From positions 7,547 to 64,515 of the forward strand of contig JBAZHE010000005.1 of the NCBI GenBank assembly GCA_041652555.1: a stretch of DNA of 56,969 nt. Reading direction: 5' to 3'. The position numbers and the translations under genes were made by a program. Under the pieces are notes generated by a model. That model was given only the letters and a program-made list of their open reading frames with translations. It was not told the DNA's origin and made no database searches. This document shows positions 27,662-36,613 of the stretch, one piece after another (position 1 is the first letter of the stretch; each line of letters starts with the position of its first letter). Source of the DNA: Patescibacteria group bacterium (GTDB taxonomy: Bacteria > Patescibacteriota > Patescibacteriia > Patescibacteriales > WJLG01).

Positions 27662-28047
27662 GGCTGTTCCTCCTTCGCTTGTTGCGAGGGAGTTTTCTTT
27701 TCCAAACCTTTTTTCCAGCCGCCAAGTATGCGGCCGACTTCATTAAGTTTTTCCGATAATTCTGCGTATCGCTCATTGGAAAGGCATTTATTTTCCCAAG
27801 CCAATTGAAAGAAAAATTTAACGCCATCAAGTTTGACAATAGCTGAACCCAGCTCAAGATATTTTTTTTCTTTGGGAAGGTAAATGGCCGTAAAAATATT
27901 TTCTAACATCCCCAAAAAGTATTCTTCAATTTTTCCGCCCAGATTATAGCGATGAGCTTTGGGAAAATCAGTAAGAATTTTAAACCACAGCGCATAGGTT
28001 TCTTTGGCTTTTGTCATCACCGTCGGAATGCTATAATAGGTAGCCAT
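27637..28047 (-). CDS. avd: Avd-like accessory variability determinant (four-helix-bundle protein)
   Basis: 136 aa. The C-terminal NEVGRILGGWKKGL closely resembles the EVGRILGSW segment I recall from Bordetella phage bAvd. Helical heptad pattern. The 3' end overlaps the TR by 25 nt on the opposite strand. Confidence 0.8.
   Translation of the reverse strand: MATYYSIPTVMTKAKETYALWFKILTDFPKAHRYNLGGKIEEYFLGMLENIFTAIYLPKEKKYLELGSAIVKLDGVKFFFQLAWENKCLSNERYAELSEKLNEVGRILGGWKKGLEKKTPSQQAKEEQPSCGTTSR
27670..27701 (+). terminator. hairpin plus U-tract immediately downstream of the TR
   Basis: ctccttcgc-ttgtt-gcgagggag (9 bp, one G-U that pairs only in the + strand RNA), then TTTTCTTTT. Starts 9 nt after the TR end. 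Confidence 0.55.
28029..28037 (+). promoter_or_regulatory. possible extended -10 (TGcTATAAT) upstream of the RT gene
   Basis: TGCTATAAT lies 22 nt upstream of the RT ATG. The same motif occurs at 23147 and 23247. It lies inside the avd 5' coding region on the other strand. Confidence 0.35.
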
Positions 28048-28058
28048 AAATTTATAGG

Positions 28059-29063
28059 ATGAAAAAATTTATAAAAAAATACGAAGAAATAATCACAGTT
28101 AATAAATTACTTTCCGCCTGGGAAGGTTTTCTGGCTGGAAAAAAACAGCGGAGCGATGTGGCGGTTTTCCAGAGCCGCCTAATGGATAATATTTTGGCGC
28201 TTTATCATGATTTAAAGAATAAAACTTATCTGCATGAAGAATATAAGGCGTTCAATATTTCCGACCCCAAGCCGCGCAATATCCATAAGGCGACAGTCCG
28301 CGATCGCTTGTTGCATCATCTGCTTTATCAAGAAACATATGATTTTTTTGACCGGCAGTTTATTTATGATTCATATTCTTGCCGCCTTAACAAGGGCACG
28401 CATCGGGCGATTCGCCGTTTTGCTGATTTTACCAGGAGTGTTTCGCGGAACAATCGGAAAACAGTTTGGGTTTTGAAATGCGATATCAGAAAATTTTTTG
28501 CTAGCGTTGACCACCAAATTTTAAAAAATATTTTAGCTAAATATATCGTTGACAAAGATTTGCTCTGGTTGTTCGGACAAGTAATTGACAGTTTTAACAC
28601 CGAAGGAAAACAGGGGATTGGTCTGCCACTTGGCAATTTAACTTCGCAATTGTTGGTTAATATTTATATGAATGGATTTGACCAATTTGTGAAGCGCGAT
28701 TTGAAAATAAAATATTACGCGCGTTACGCCGATGATTTTATTTTTTTAGATAAAGACAGAAATAGTTTAGTCACCATTTTTTTGCAGATAGATAAATTTT
28801 TAAAAAACACGCTTAAATTATTTTTACATCCTGATAAATGTTTTATTAAAACTTTGACATCGGGTGTTGATTTTTTAGGCTGGGTTCAGTTTTGCGGTTA
28901 TAGAGTTTTAAGAACTTCCACTAAAAAACGGGTGTTTAAAAGAATAGAGGGTGATTCGGATTCGTCGCCAATCATTGCCACTTACCTCGGCTTGCTTAAA
29001 CATGGAAATGGCCATAAACTTGGCGAGCGAATTATTAAGTATGAAGTAAACAAAATATTATGA
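28059..29063 (+). CDS. DGR-type reverse transcriptase
   Basis: 334 aa. RT motifs DIRKFFASVDH, LPLGNLTSQLLVNIYMNGFD (the (I/L)GxxxSQ DGR signature) and YARYADDFIF (YxDD). No maturase or endonuclease domains. Confidence 0.92.
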   Translation: MKKFIKKYEEIITVNKLLSAWEGFLAGKKQRSDVAVFQSRLMDNILALYHDLKNKTYLHEEYKAFNISDPKPRNIHKATVRDRLLHHLLYQETYDFFDRQFIYDSYSCRLNKGTHRAIRRFADFTRSVSRNNRKTVWVLKCDIRKFFASVDHQILKNILAKYIVDKDLLWLFGQVIDSFNTEGKQGIGLPLGNLTSQLLVNIYMNGFDQFVKRDLKIKYYARYADDFIFLDKDRNSLVTIFLQIDKFLKNTLKLFLHPDKCFIKTLTSGVDFLGWVQFCGYRVLRTSTKKRVFKRIEGDSDSSPIIATYLGLLKHGNGHKLGERIIKYEVNKIL

Positions 29064-29165
29064 CATATTTTTGTAATTTATGCAATAGCTTGGTAAAAAG
29101 CATTGCCAAGTGATATTTTATTAAGTATAATATAAATAGGATTATTAATTATTATCAATTTGTTT

Positions 29166-29933
29166 ATGTATAGAAAAATTATTCTTGGTAATTGGAAAAT
29201 GAAGAAAGATCTAAATGTTAGCTTGGATGATTCTAAAAAATTTCAGGAAAAATTCAAAGATTTTAAAACTTCTGATAAAGAAGTGGTTATTTGCCCCAAT
29301 CATGTTGCTTTGACCGGAGTGGGGGAGAACTTAAAGGGTACGAAGATAAAGCTCGGCGCGCAGGATGTTTTTTGGGAACAGCAGGGCGCTTATACCGGCG
29401 AAATTTCTCCAACAACGCTGGTTGAGGCTGGTTGCCAGTATGTGATTATCGGCCATTCCGAGCGCCGCAAGCATATGCTGGAAAATTATTCCATGATTCA
29501 CCAGAAAGTCCGCGCAGTTTTAGATGTTGACGGCTTGACACCAGTAATATGTATTGGTGAAGAAAATGAAGATCGCAAAACCGATCGTCGCGATTATGTT
29601 TTATTATATCAATTACAGCAAGCTTTGGGTGGGATAGATATTGTCACTTATGGTAAGAATATTATTGTCGCTTACGAACCGGTTTGGGCGATTGGTTCTG
29701 GTACCGTGATCGAGCCGTCAGAGGTAACCTATGCCCACAAGATTATAAAGCTGGCTTTAAATGATATGTTTGGAATGAAAATAGTTGAGGAAAGCTTCAA
29801 AATAGTTTATGGCGGTAGTGTTACCAGCGTTAATGTTTCCCAGTTTTCCAACTTAGATAACATGGACGGACTTTTGGTTGGTGGCGCCAGTTTAGATGCC
29901 GAAGAATTCTATAAGATTTGCGAAGGAATTTAA
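29166..29933 (+). CDS. tpiA: triosephosphate isomerase
   Basis: GNWKM, IIGHSERR, AYEPVWAIGSG, YGGSV motifs. Confidence 0.95.
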   Translation: MYRKIILGNWKMKKDLNVSLDDSKKFQEKFKDFKTSDKEVVICPNHVALTGVGENLKGTKIKLGAQDVFWEQQGAYTGEISPTTLVEAGCQYVIIGHSERRKHMLENYSMIHQKVRAVLDVDGLTPVICIGEENEDRKTDRRDYVLLYQLQQALGGIDIVTYGKNIIVAYEPVWAIGSGTVIEPSEVTYAHKIIKLALNDMFGMKIVEESFKIVYGGSVTSVNVSQFSNLDNMDGLLVGGASLDAEEFYKICEGI

Positions 29934-29943
29934 TAAATTTCCT

Positions 29944-30741
29944 ATGTATAATATTATTCCTTTAATTATAATTTGTTTTAGTTTTCTGGCGATTTTAATT
30001 ATTGTCGTCCGCAAATTTCCGGCGGTCGCGACTTTGGATGTGGAAAATATGCCGGCGGAAAAAGAAATGCGTTTTAAGGAAAAAATCGCTGCCAGCCGTT
30101 TAGAAAGATCTTTAGCTAAATGGAAATTACACCTTGGCCGTGTTTTTGGTTTTTTTGGTCAGAGAATAAAATCATTCTTTCGTTGGTTAAATGGAAAATT
30201 GCGCGAAGAAAAGAAAAAATATTCTGTTCCCAAAATGCCGGAAATGATTGAGCCGGAAGACAAAGAAACGGTTATTAAAAATTTATTTGCTGAAAATGAA
30301 GCTCTTGACGATGGTGAAGATTTTGAAAAGAAAGAAGCTCGTCTAATAAAAATAATCGGTTTGGATGCTCACAATATAGAGGCTTTTTATTCATTGGGAG
30401 AGTTGTATTTTTTGAATAAAAAAAATGAAGAGGCCAAGCAGACTTGGGCGCATGCAATAAAACTTTTAGACGACAGTGAAACTGAAAAACAGGCTGAAAT
30501 TTATAATAGTTTAGCGACTTTGTATAAAGAGGCGCTTGATTTACCGTTAGCGCTGGAAACAGTTAAGATGGCCTCTAGATTGGCCCCAAATAGCCCTCGA
30601 TACCTTGACGCTTTGGCAGAAATAAGTATAATGAATAAAGATAAAACATCGGCTGAGGAAGCGGTATTCAGACTAGCTGAGGTTAATCCGGAAAACGGCA
30701 AAATAGAGGATTTTAAAAAACAAATAGAGGAAATTGAATAA
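29944..30741 (+). CDS. membrane-anchored TPR-repeat protein
   Basis: N-terminal TM segment (YNIIPLIIICFSFLAILIIVV). TPR-like helices in the C-terminal half. Confidence 0.6.
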   Translation: MYNIIPLIIICFSFLAILIIVVRKFPAVATLDVENMPAEKEMRFKEKIAASRLERSLAKWKLHLGRVFGFFGQRIKSFFRWLNGKLREEKKKYSVPKMPEMIEPEDKETVIKNLFAENEALDDGEDFEKKEARLIKIIGLDAHNIEAFYSLGELYFLNKKNEEAKQTWAHAIKLLDDSETEKQAEIYNSLATLYKEALDLPLALETVKMASRLAPNSPRYLDALAEISIMNKDKTSAEEAVFRLAEVNPENGKIEDFKKQIEEIE

Positions 30742-30771
30742 TTTTTGGCGTTGGCAATTCTAATTGTTTCC

Positions 30772-30793
30772 GCCGCTGTTTAGCGGCATTTTT
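30772..30793 (+). terminator. rho-independent terminator
   Basis: gccgct-gttt-agcggc followed by ATTTTT. Confidence 0.6.
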
Positions 30794-30847
30794 AGTAAAG
30801 TCATTCAAATTTCGAAATTCGCACTTTGTAATTCGAAATTTGATAAG

Positions 30848-30920
<73 letters not shown>

Positions 30921-30962
30921 CAGGGAGATTTTTAAATCAAAAAGAAAATCGTAAATCGAAAT

Positions 30963-31045
30963 GGGTCGGTACCAAAGCGGTCAACTGGGGGAGACTGTAA
31001 ATCTCCTGGCTTATGCCTTCGAAGGTTCGAATCCTTCCCGGCCCA
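30963..31045 (+). tRNA. tRNA-Tyr (anticodon GTA), long variable arm
   Basis: Acceptor gggtcgg/ccggccc, anticodon arm ggaga-ctGTAaa-tctcc, variable arm tggcttatgccttc, T arm gaagg-ttcgaat-ccttc. Confidence 0.88.
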
Positions 31046-31171
31046 CATTAAAAATTGAGGTTTAATACCTCTTTTTTTTATTGAGAAAAGATGATAGTAT
31101 ATTAGTAAACAAGGAGGCATTTTTTGGGTAATCCGTTAATGCTTATTTTTTGTATTTAATACTATAATTCA

Positions 31172-34100
31172 ATGTCTTTCGTCCATCTTCATGTTCATAC
31201 GCATTATTCTCTTCTTGACGGTTTAACCAAAATCAAGGAGCTGGTTAAGTATGCCAAAGAACAGGGCTCACCGGCTGTGGCTATAACTGACCACGGTACG
31301 ATGTATGGTGTGATTGAATTTTATAAAGCCTGTAAGAAGGAGGGGATTAAGCCGATAATCGGCGTAGAGCTTTATTTGGCGCCCGATCGCTTAAAAAAAG
31401 ATACAATTGACGATCGTCAAAATCGTCATATTTTACTTTTAGCCAAAAACAATCAAGGCTATAAAAATCTTTTGAAGCTTGTGACTATCGCGCATTTAGA
31501 AGGTTTTTATTATAAGCCACGTGTTGATTGGGAAGCTTTAAGCAAGCATTCTGAGGGGCTTATTGCTTGCACTGCCTGTTTGGGGGGTGAAATTCCTAAG
31601 CTAATTTCCAGCGGACAAATAGATAAAGCTAAGAGTAGAATATTAGAATATAATAAATTATTTGGCCAAGATAATTTTTATTTAGAAATACAAAGCCATC
31701 AGCAATCAGAAGATCAGAAAAAAATGAATGTCGCTTTGATAAAATTATCTCGAGAATTAAATATACCACTATTAGCGACTAACGACGTCCACTATTTAAA
31801 AAAAGAAGATGCCGAGGCGCAGGATATTCTTCTTTGTTTGCAAAATAAGAAAAAATTAGAAGACGAGGGTAGAATGAGTATGATGGAATTTGATGTTTCT
31901 ATGCGTTCAAACGATGAGATGATTGCCGCTTTTATTGAAACTTCGGACGCTACGGACAACACTTTAAAGATTGCTGAGATGTGTAATGTGGAAATTGAGT
32001 TAGGCAAGACTACTTTACCGTATTTCCAAGTGCCTGAAGGTTTTGATGAATTTTCTTATTTGGAAAAAATATCACATGACGGTTTAATGAAGCGCTATGG
32101 AAAAACTTACGAAGAAATCACTCCTATACAAAAAGAACGCTTGGATTATGAATTGTCAGTGGTAAAAAAAATGGGTTGGCCGTCTTATTTTTTGATTGTG
32201 GCTGATTTTATCAATTGGGCGAAGAATAATAAAATAGTCGTTGGTCCGGGGCGCGGTTCAGCCGCCGGTTCGCTGGTTTGTTATTTGATTGGTATTACTA
32301 ATCTTGATCCTTTGGAATATGATTTACTCTTTGAAAGATTTTTGAATCCGGATCGTATTTCTATGCCTGATATTGATACGGACTTTGCCGATACCCGCCG
32401 TGATGAGGTTATTCGCTATGTAGAAGAAAAATATGGCAAGAATCACGTGGCGCAGATTATTACTTTTGGAACCATGGCTGCTCGCGCTTCCATGCGTGAT
32501 GTTGGACGCGTCCTAGACGTTCCCTATGATTTTTGTGATAAACTCGCCAAGATTATTCCGCCACTGACGGATTTATCAGAAACTATGGAAAATGTGCAGG
32601 AGTTTAAAGATTTATATAACAAAGACCCGCAGGCGAAAAGAATTATTGATTATGCTTTGCGTTTGGAGGGTGTGGCGCGCCATGCTTCCGTTCATGCTTG
32701 CGGCGTAGTGATTACGCGTGAACCAGCGGTAGAATATATGCCGGTGCAACACGCTTCTTCTTCCGATTTGACAATTATTTCACAGTATTCTTTGCATCCG
32801 ATTGAAGATTTAGGTTTGTTGAAAATGGATTTTCTCGGTTTGAAGAATTTAACGATTATTGAATCGGCTCTGGATATTATTAAACGCACTAGGGGGGTAG
32901 AAATTGATATAGAAAAATTACCGCTGGATGATAAACTGGCGTATAAACTTTTTCAAGACGGTGAGACGACCGGTGTTTTTCAATTTGAATCTTCCGGTAT
33001 GAAGCGTTATTTGAAGGAATTGAAGCCGACAGTTTTTGAAGATATTATCGCTATGGTGGCGCTTTATCGCCCCGGACCAATGGAGTGGATTCCAGATTAT
33101 ATTGCCGGTAAGCACGGCCGCAAGAAGGTGCAATATCTGCATCCGAAATTACAGCCGATTTTGGATAAAACTTATGGGGTGGCGATTTATCAGGAGCAAG
33201 TCATGGAAATTGCTAAGGCCTTGGCCGGTTTTCCCATGAGCCAAGCTGATGTTTTGCGCAAGGCCATGGGTAAAAAAAATCCTGAACTTTTAGCTCAACA
33301 AAAAGAAAAATTCGTGGATGGCTGTGTTAAAAATGGCGTCCCTAAAGATTTGGGGGAGAAAGTTTTTTCATTTATTGAACCTTTTGCTGGATATGGTTTT
33401 AATCGTTCGCATGCCGCTTGCTACGCTATGATTGGCTACCAAACCGCTTATTTAAAAGCACATTATCCGGCGGAATTTATGGCCGCACTTTTAACTTCCG
33501 ATCAACAGGATATAGACCGTATTGCTATTGAAATTGAAGAATGTCGTGCGATGGGAATTCAGGTTTTGGCGCCTAATGTTAATGAATCATTTGCTTCTTT
33601 CACTGTAGTTTCAGGAGAAAAAGAGGGTGAAGAATTTATCCGTTTCGGTTTGAACGCCATTAAAAATGTCGGCGGACATATTGTGGAAGTTATTATTGAA
33701 GAGAGAAAAAACAATGGCAAGTATAAAGATATTTATGATTTTTTGGAAAGAATTGTGGATCGCGATATGAATAAAAAATCACTGGAATCACTGACTAAGA
33801 CTGGTGCTATGGATCTGTTCGGCGATCGTGGAATATTCTTAGCTAACATGGAAAATCTTTTGGAATTTAATAAAGAAGTAAGTCGTTCACGCGACAATAA
33901 ACAAGCTAGTCTTTTTGGTGGTGGCGGAAAAATTGAAACACCTCGCCCGAAATTAAAAGAGCAGGCGACGGCTAGCCGGCAAGAAAGGCTTTCATGGGAG
34001 CGCGAACTTCTTGGTCTTTATATCACAGAACATCCTTTCCGTGATTACAAAAAATTATTGGGCGATTATACAACATCATTAAATTGCTTAACTTCGCGCT

Positions 34101-34720
34101 TAAATGATGAAAATGTGCGTATTGCCGGGATTGTTATGTCGGTTAAAAAAATTATTACCAAAAGCAATAAAGCAATGCTCTTCGTTAAATTGGAAGACGC
34201 GACAGCGCCGACGGAAATTTTAGTTTTCCCAACGCTTCTGGAAAAAACCGCTGATCTTTGGGTGCCGGGTAAGGCTGTGATTTGCCAAGGAAAAGTTTCC
34301 GATAAAGATAACGAGATAAAATTTTTAGCCGATAAGGCGGCGGAACTTTTTTTGGATAATATTAACGTTTCACTGGATGCTTTTAAAAAAATAGAGGTGA
34401 AAACTAGAAATAATTTTTATCGCAATAGTGACCGTTCGGCTAATAAGGGCTATGTTAAAGCTCCTGAGCCGGCCGTAATTTCTTCCGGCTCGGAACCGCT
34501 CAAGATTATTCTTAATCGCGACTTAACTCAAGTTGAGTCGGAAAAAATTCGTGAAGCCATGCTAAAAAATAATGGCGCAAGTAAGGTTTATTTTAAAATA
34601 ATGAAAAATGGCCAGCCGACGATAATGGAAACCGGCTTTAGAGTTAACAATACTGGCAGTTTGCGTGATTATTTAAAAAAAGAATTAGGTGAAGCGATTG
34701 TTGTTGTAGACGGAAAGTAA
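31172..34720 (+). CDS. dnaE: DNA polymerase III alpha subunit
   Basis: 1182 aa. PHP domain start FVHLHVHTHYSLLDG, polymerase core PDIDTDF, C-terminal OB fold. Confidence 0.96.
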   Translation: MSFVHLHVHTHYSLLDGLTKIKELVKYAKEQGSPAVAITDHGTMYGVIEFYKACKKEGIKPIIGVELYLAPDRLKKDTIDDRQNRHILLLAKNNQGYKNLLKLVTIAHLEGFYYKPRVDWEALSKHSEGLIACTACLGGEIPKLISSGQIDKAKSRILEYNKLFGQDNFYLEIQSHQQSEDQKKMNVALIKLSRELNIPLLATNDVHYLKKEDAEAQDILLCLQNKKKLEDEGRMSMMEFDVSMRSNDEMIAAFIETSDATDNTLKIAEMCNVEIELGKTTLPYFQVPEGFDEFSYLEKISHDGLMKRYGKTYEEITPIQKERLDYELSVVKKMGWPSYFLIVADFINWAKNNKIVVGPGRGSAAGSLVCYLIGITNLDPLEYDLLFERFLNPDRISMPDIDTDFADTRRDEVIRYVEEKYGKNHVAQIITFGTMAARASMRDVGRVLDVPYDFCDKLAKIIPPLTDLSETMENVQEFKDLYNKDPQAKRIIDYALRLEGVARHASVHACGVVITREPAVEYMPVQHASSSDLTIISQYSLHPIEDLGLLKMDFLGLKNLTIIESALDIIKRTRGVEIDIEKLPLDDKLAYKLFQDGETTGVFQFESSGMKRYLKELKPTVFEDIIAMVALYRPGPMEWIPDYIAGKHGRKKVQYLHPKLQPILDKTYGVAIYQEQVMEIAKALAGFPMSQADVLRKAMGKKNPELLAQQKEKFVDGCVKNGVPKDLGEKVFSFIEPFAGYGFNRSHAACYAMIGYQTAYLKAHYPAEFMAALLTSDQQDIDRIAIEIEECRAMGIQVLAPNVNESFASFTVVSGEKEGEEFIRFGLNAIKNVGGHIVEVIIEERKNNGKYKDIYDFLERIVDRDMNKKSLESLTKTGAMDLFGDRGIFLANMENLLEFNKEVSRSRDNKQASLFGGGGKIETPRPKLKEQATASRQERLSWERELLGLYITEHPFRDYKKLLGDYTTSLNCLTSRLNDENVRIAGIVMSVKKIITKSNKAMLFVKLEDATAPTEILVFPTLLEKTADLWVPGKAVICQGKVSDKDNEIKFLADKAAELFLDNINVSLDAFKKIEVKTRNNFYRNSDRSANKGYVKAPEPAVISSGSEPLKIILNRDLTQVESEKIREAMLKNNGASKVYFKIMKNGQPTIMETGFRVNNTGSLRDYLKKELGEAIVVVDGK

Positions 34721-34755
34721 AAAATTTACTATACTTAAAATATATTCCTTAATAT

Positions 34756-34823
34756 GTCATTCCTGTGAAAACGGGAATCCAGTTTTTTAAATTTAGCTAG
34801 ATTCCCGCCTCCGCGGGAATGAC
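34756..34823. repeat. 68-bp palindromic (MITE/REP-like) element
   Basis: gtcattcctgtgaaaacgggaatccag ... gattcccgcctccgcgggaatgac. Terminal inverted repeats gtcattcc / ggaatgac. Inner perfect 8-bp hairpin attcccgc-ctcc-gcgggaat. Confidence 0.7.
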
Positions 34824-34833
34824 ACTTTTAAAT

Positions 34834-36285
34834 ATGGTATCTTCAAATTCTTCCAAAACATCATCTCGGGCTAAAGCAGTTACTGTTAAAAAAAATAAAG
34901 CTGAGGAGAAAATTAAAATTTCTGGCGCTTCCAGATCGCCAGTGAAAACTCCCAAAAAAACAAAATTGGCCGTGCGCGTGGTGGAAAAAAGTTTTTACCC
35001 CAAGGACAGCGATAGCGAGGAGGCTGTTGTTGGAAAAAATAAAAGAGCTCTAACAGTAAAGAAGAAAGAAATAGCTGGGGATTTTTTTGAGAAAGAAATT
35101 GTTGATGAATCCACTCTCACTGAAGTTGTGGAGGACAAAGAAGATGGTAAGGCAAAAAACAAGCCGTCACCCGGTCTTTATCGCAACATCGCTTTTAGTT
35201 TCCTGTTATTAACCGTCATTCTTCTAGCGGCGGTTTTTTATCTTTACTTTGTTACTTTAACGATTGAAATTGAGCCGAAAAAAGAACGTTTAAGCGACAA
35301 AATTTTTTTAAAAGTTTTTGATGAAAATAAAGTGGCCACTGGAACTTCAGAAAGTCATGTTTTGGGAGTAGTGGAAAACATTGAAATAAAAAAAGAAAAC
35401 ATTTATAGAGCCACTGGTGAAGAAATTTTGGGTCATGAAATTACTGGTCAGGTTATTTTAATCAATAACACCTCGGAAGATAGGCCGTTAGTGGCAACCA
35501 CGCGTCTTTTAAGTCCAGATGGAAAATTATTTAGATTAAAGAACAACGTTGTTATTCCGGCCAATGGTCAAATGAGGTCAGAAATTTACACCGACGAGCC
35601 TAGTCCGGAAATGGCGGTGGCGCCAGGCAGTTTTACGATTCCTGGGCTTTGGGCTGGTTTACAGGAAAAAGTTTATGCTAAAAATGATATTGTCTTCGTT
35701 TATAATAAACAGATAAAAAGAATAGTGAAACAGGGCGATTTGGATAGGGCAACGGAAGATTTAAAAAATACTCTTTTTAGCGAGGCCGAAGATAAGCTTG
35801 GTCAAAATTATAAAGGTTTTGACCAAGTCATTTTGGAAATTGACGAAGCGTCTTTAAAAACAGAGATTAGCGTGGTGGCTGGAGAGGAAACAGGGGAATT
35901 CAAAGTGGTTATGTCGGCCAAAGTGAAATTAGTCGCATTCAGTCTGGTGGCGGTTGAACAGTTGGCAGAAAAAAAGCTTCTAGCGTCTTTATTAAGTGAT
36001 AAAAATATTTCTTCGCTGGATAAAGAGAAAATGGATTTTTCTTTAATCGAAGCGGATTTTGAAAAAAGCGAAGCGAATATTGAAGTTTCTTTTGTTGGGT
36101 ATGTTATTTCCAAAAAGGCCGACAATCTCTTGGATAAGAAAAAAATCGTCGGTTTAAACGAAGCCCAGATTAATGATTACTTGAAAGGTTTGGATAAATT
36201 TTCCAGCTTTAAATTAAAATTCTGGCCTTTGTTTATTAAGAAAGCGCCAGTGCTGGTGGATAGGATAAAAGTAGTAGTTAAATAG
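34834..36285 (+). CDS. hypothetical single-pass membrane protein (Lys-rich N-terminus, large extracytoplasmic domain)
   Basis: The ORF is open from the ATG at 34819, which lies inside the repeat, so ATG 34834 is the likelier start. TM at IAFSFLLLTVILLAAVFYLYFV. Confidence 0.6.
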   Translation: MVSSNSSKTSSRAKAVTVKKNKAEEKIKISGASRSPVKTPKKTKLAVRVVEKSFYPKDSDSEEAVVGKNKRALTVKKKEIAGDFFEKEIVDESTLTEVVEDKEDGKAKNKPSPGLYRNIAFSFLLLTVILLAAVFYLYFVTLTIEIEPKKERLSDKIFLKVFDENKVATGTSESHVLGVVENIEIKKENIYRATGEEILGHEITGQVILINNTSEDRPLVATTRLLSPDGKLFRLKNNVVIPANGQMRSEIYTDEPSPEMAVAPGSFTIPGLWAGLQEKVYAKNDIVFVYNKQIKRIVKQGDLDRATEDLKNTLFSEAEDKLGQNYKGFDQVILEIDEASLKTEISVVAGEETGEFKVVMSAKVKLVAFSLVAVEQLAEKKLLASLLSDKNISSLDKEKMDFSLIEADFEKSEANIEVSFVGYVISKKADNLLDKKKIVGLNEAQINDYLKGLDKFSSFKLKFWPLFIKKAPVLVDRIKVVVK

Positions 36286-36308
36286 TAAAATATATTTTAG
36301 ATAAAAAA

Positions 36309-36331
36309 ATCCCGAAAATTCGGGATTTTTT
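36309..36331. terminator. bidirectional terminator hairpin
   Basis: A-run, atcccgaa/ttcgggat stem, T-run. Lies between convergent CDS and tRNA-Leu. Confidence 0.75.
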
Positions 36332-36336
36332 GTTAG

Positions 36337-36420
<84 letters not shown>

Positions 36421-36613
36421 CTTTCAAGTTTTGAAGTACGAGTTGCGAAGTGCGAATTTACTATATAGAAAAATCGCTGGTATTATCAAGCGATATTAGT
36501 ATTATAAGGCAGGTTTTAAAAATTGTCAAAGCCTGAAAAATAGTTTATACTATAAGTAGTTAATTTATTCTATTTGCGCGTTTTCTACAATTCGCGGAAT
36601 TATTATTGTATTT

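Larger units (their letters stand above)
26524..29063 (+). mobile_element. diversity-generating retroelement cassette (target/VR - TR - avd(inverted) - RT)
   Basis: 116-bp VR/TR repeat pair with adenine-only mismatches, an Avd-like gene and a DGR-type RT. See component features. Confidence 0.9.

Noticed and set aside
27551-27808. 85-aa ORF starting MANVNVNDDGLNVNVNRFEN... on the + strand
   Set aside because: It is the DGR template repeat read in the VR frame, running on into antisense avd sequence. It has no SD. It is better explained as a non-coding TR.
27394-27857. Two minus-strand ORFs (27394-27615, 27594-27857) across the TR region
   Set aside because: Low-complexity, Pro/Ser/Arg-rich translations of the GC-rich TR leader. 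They overlap the TR and the real avd frame, with no start context or motif.
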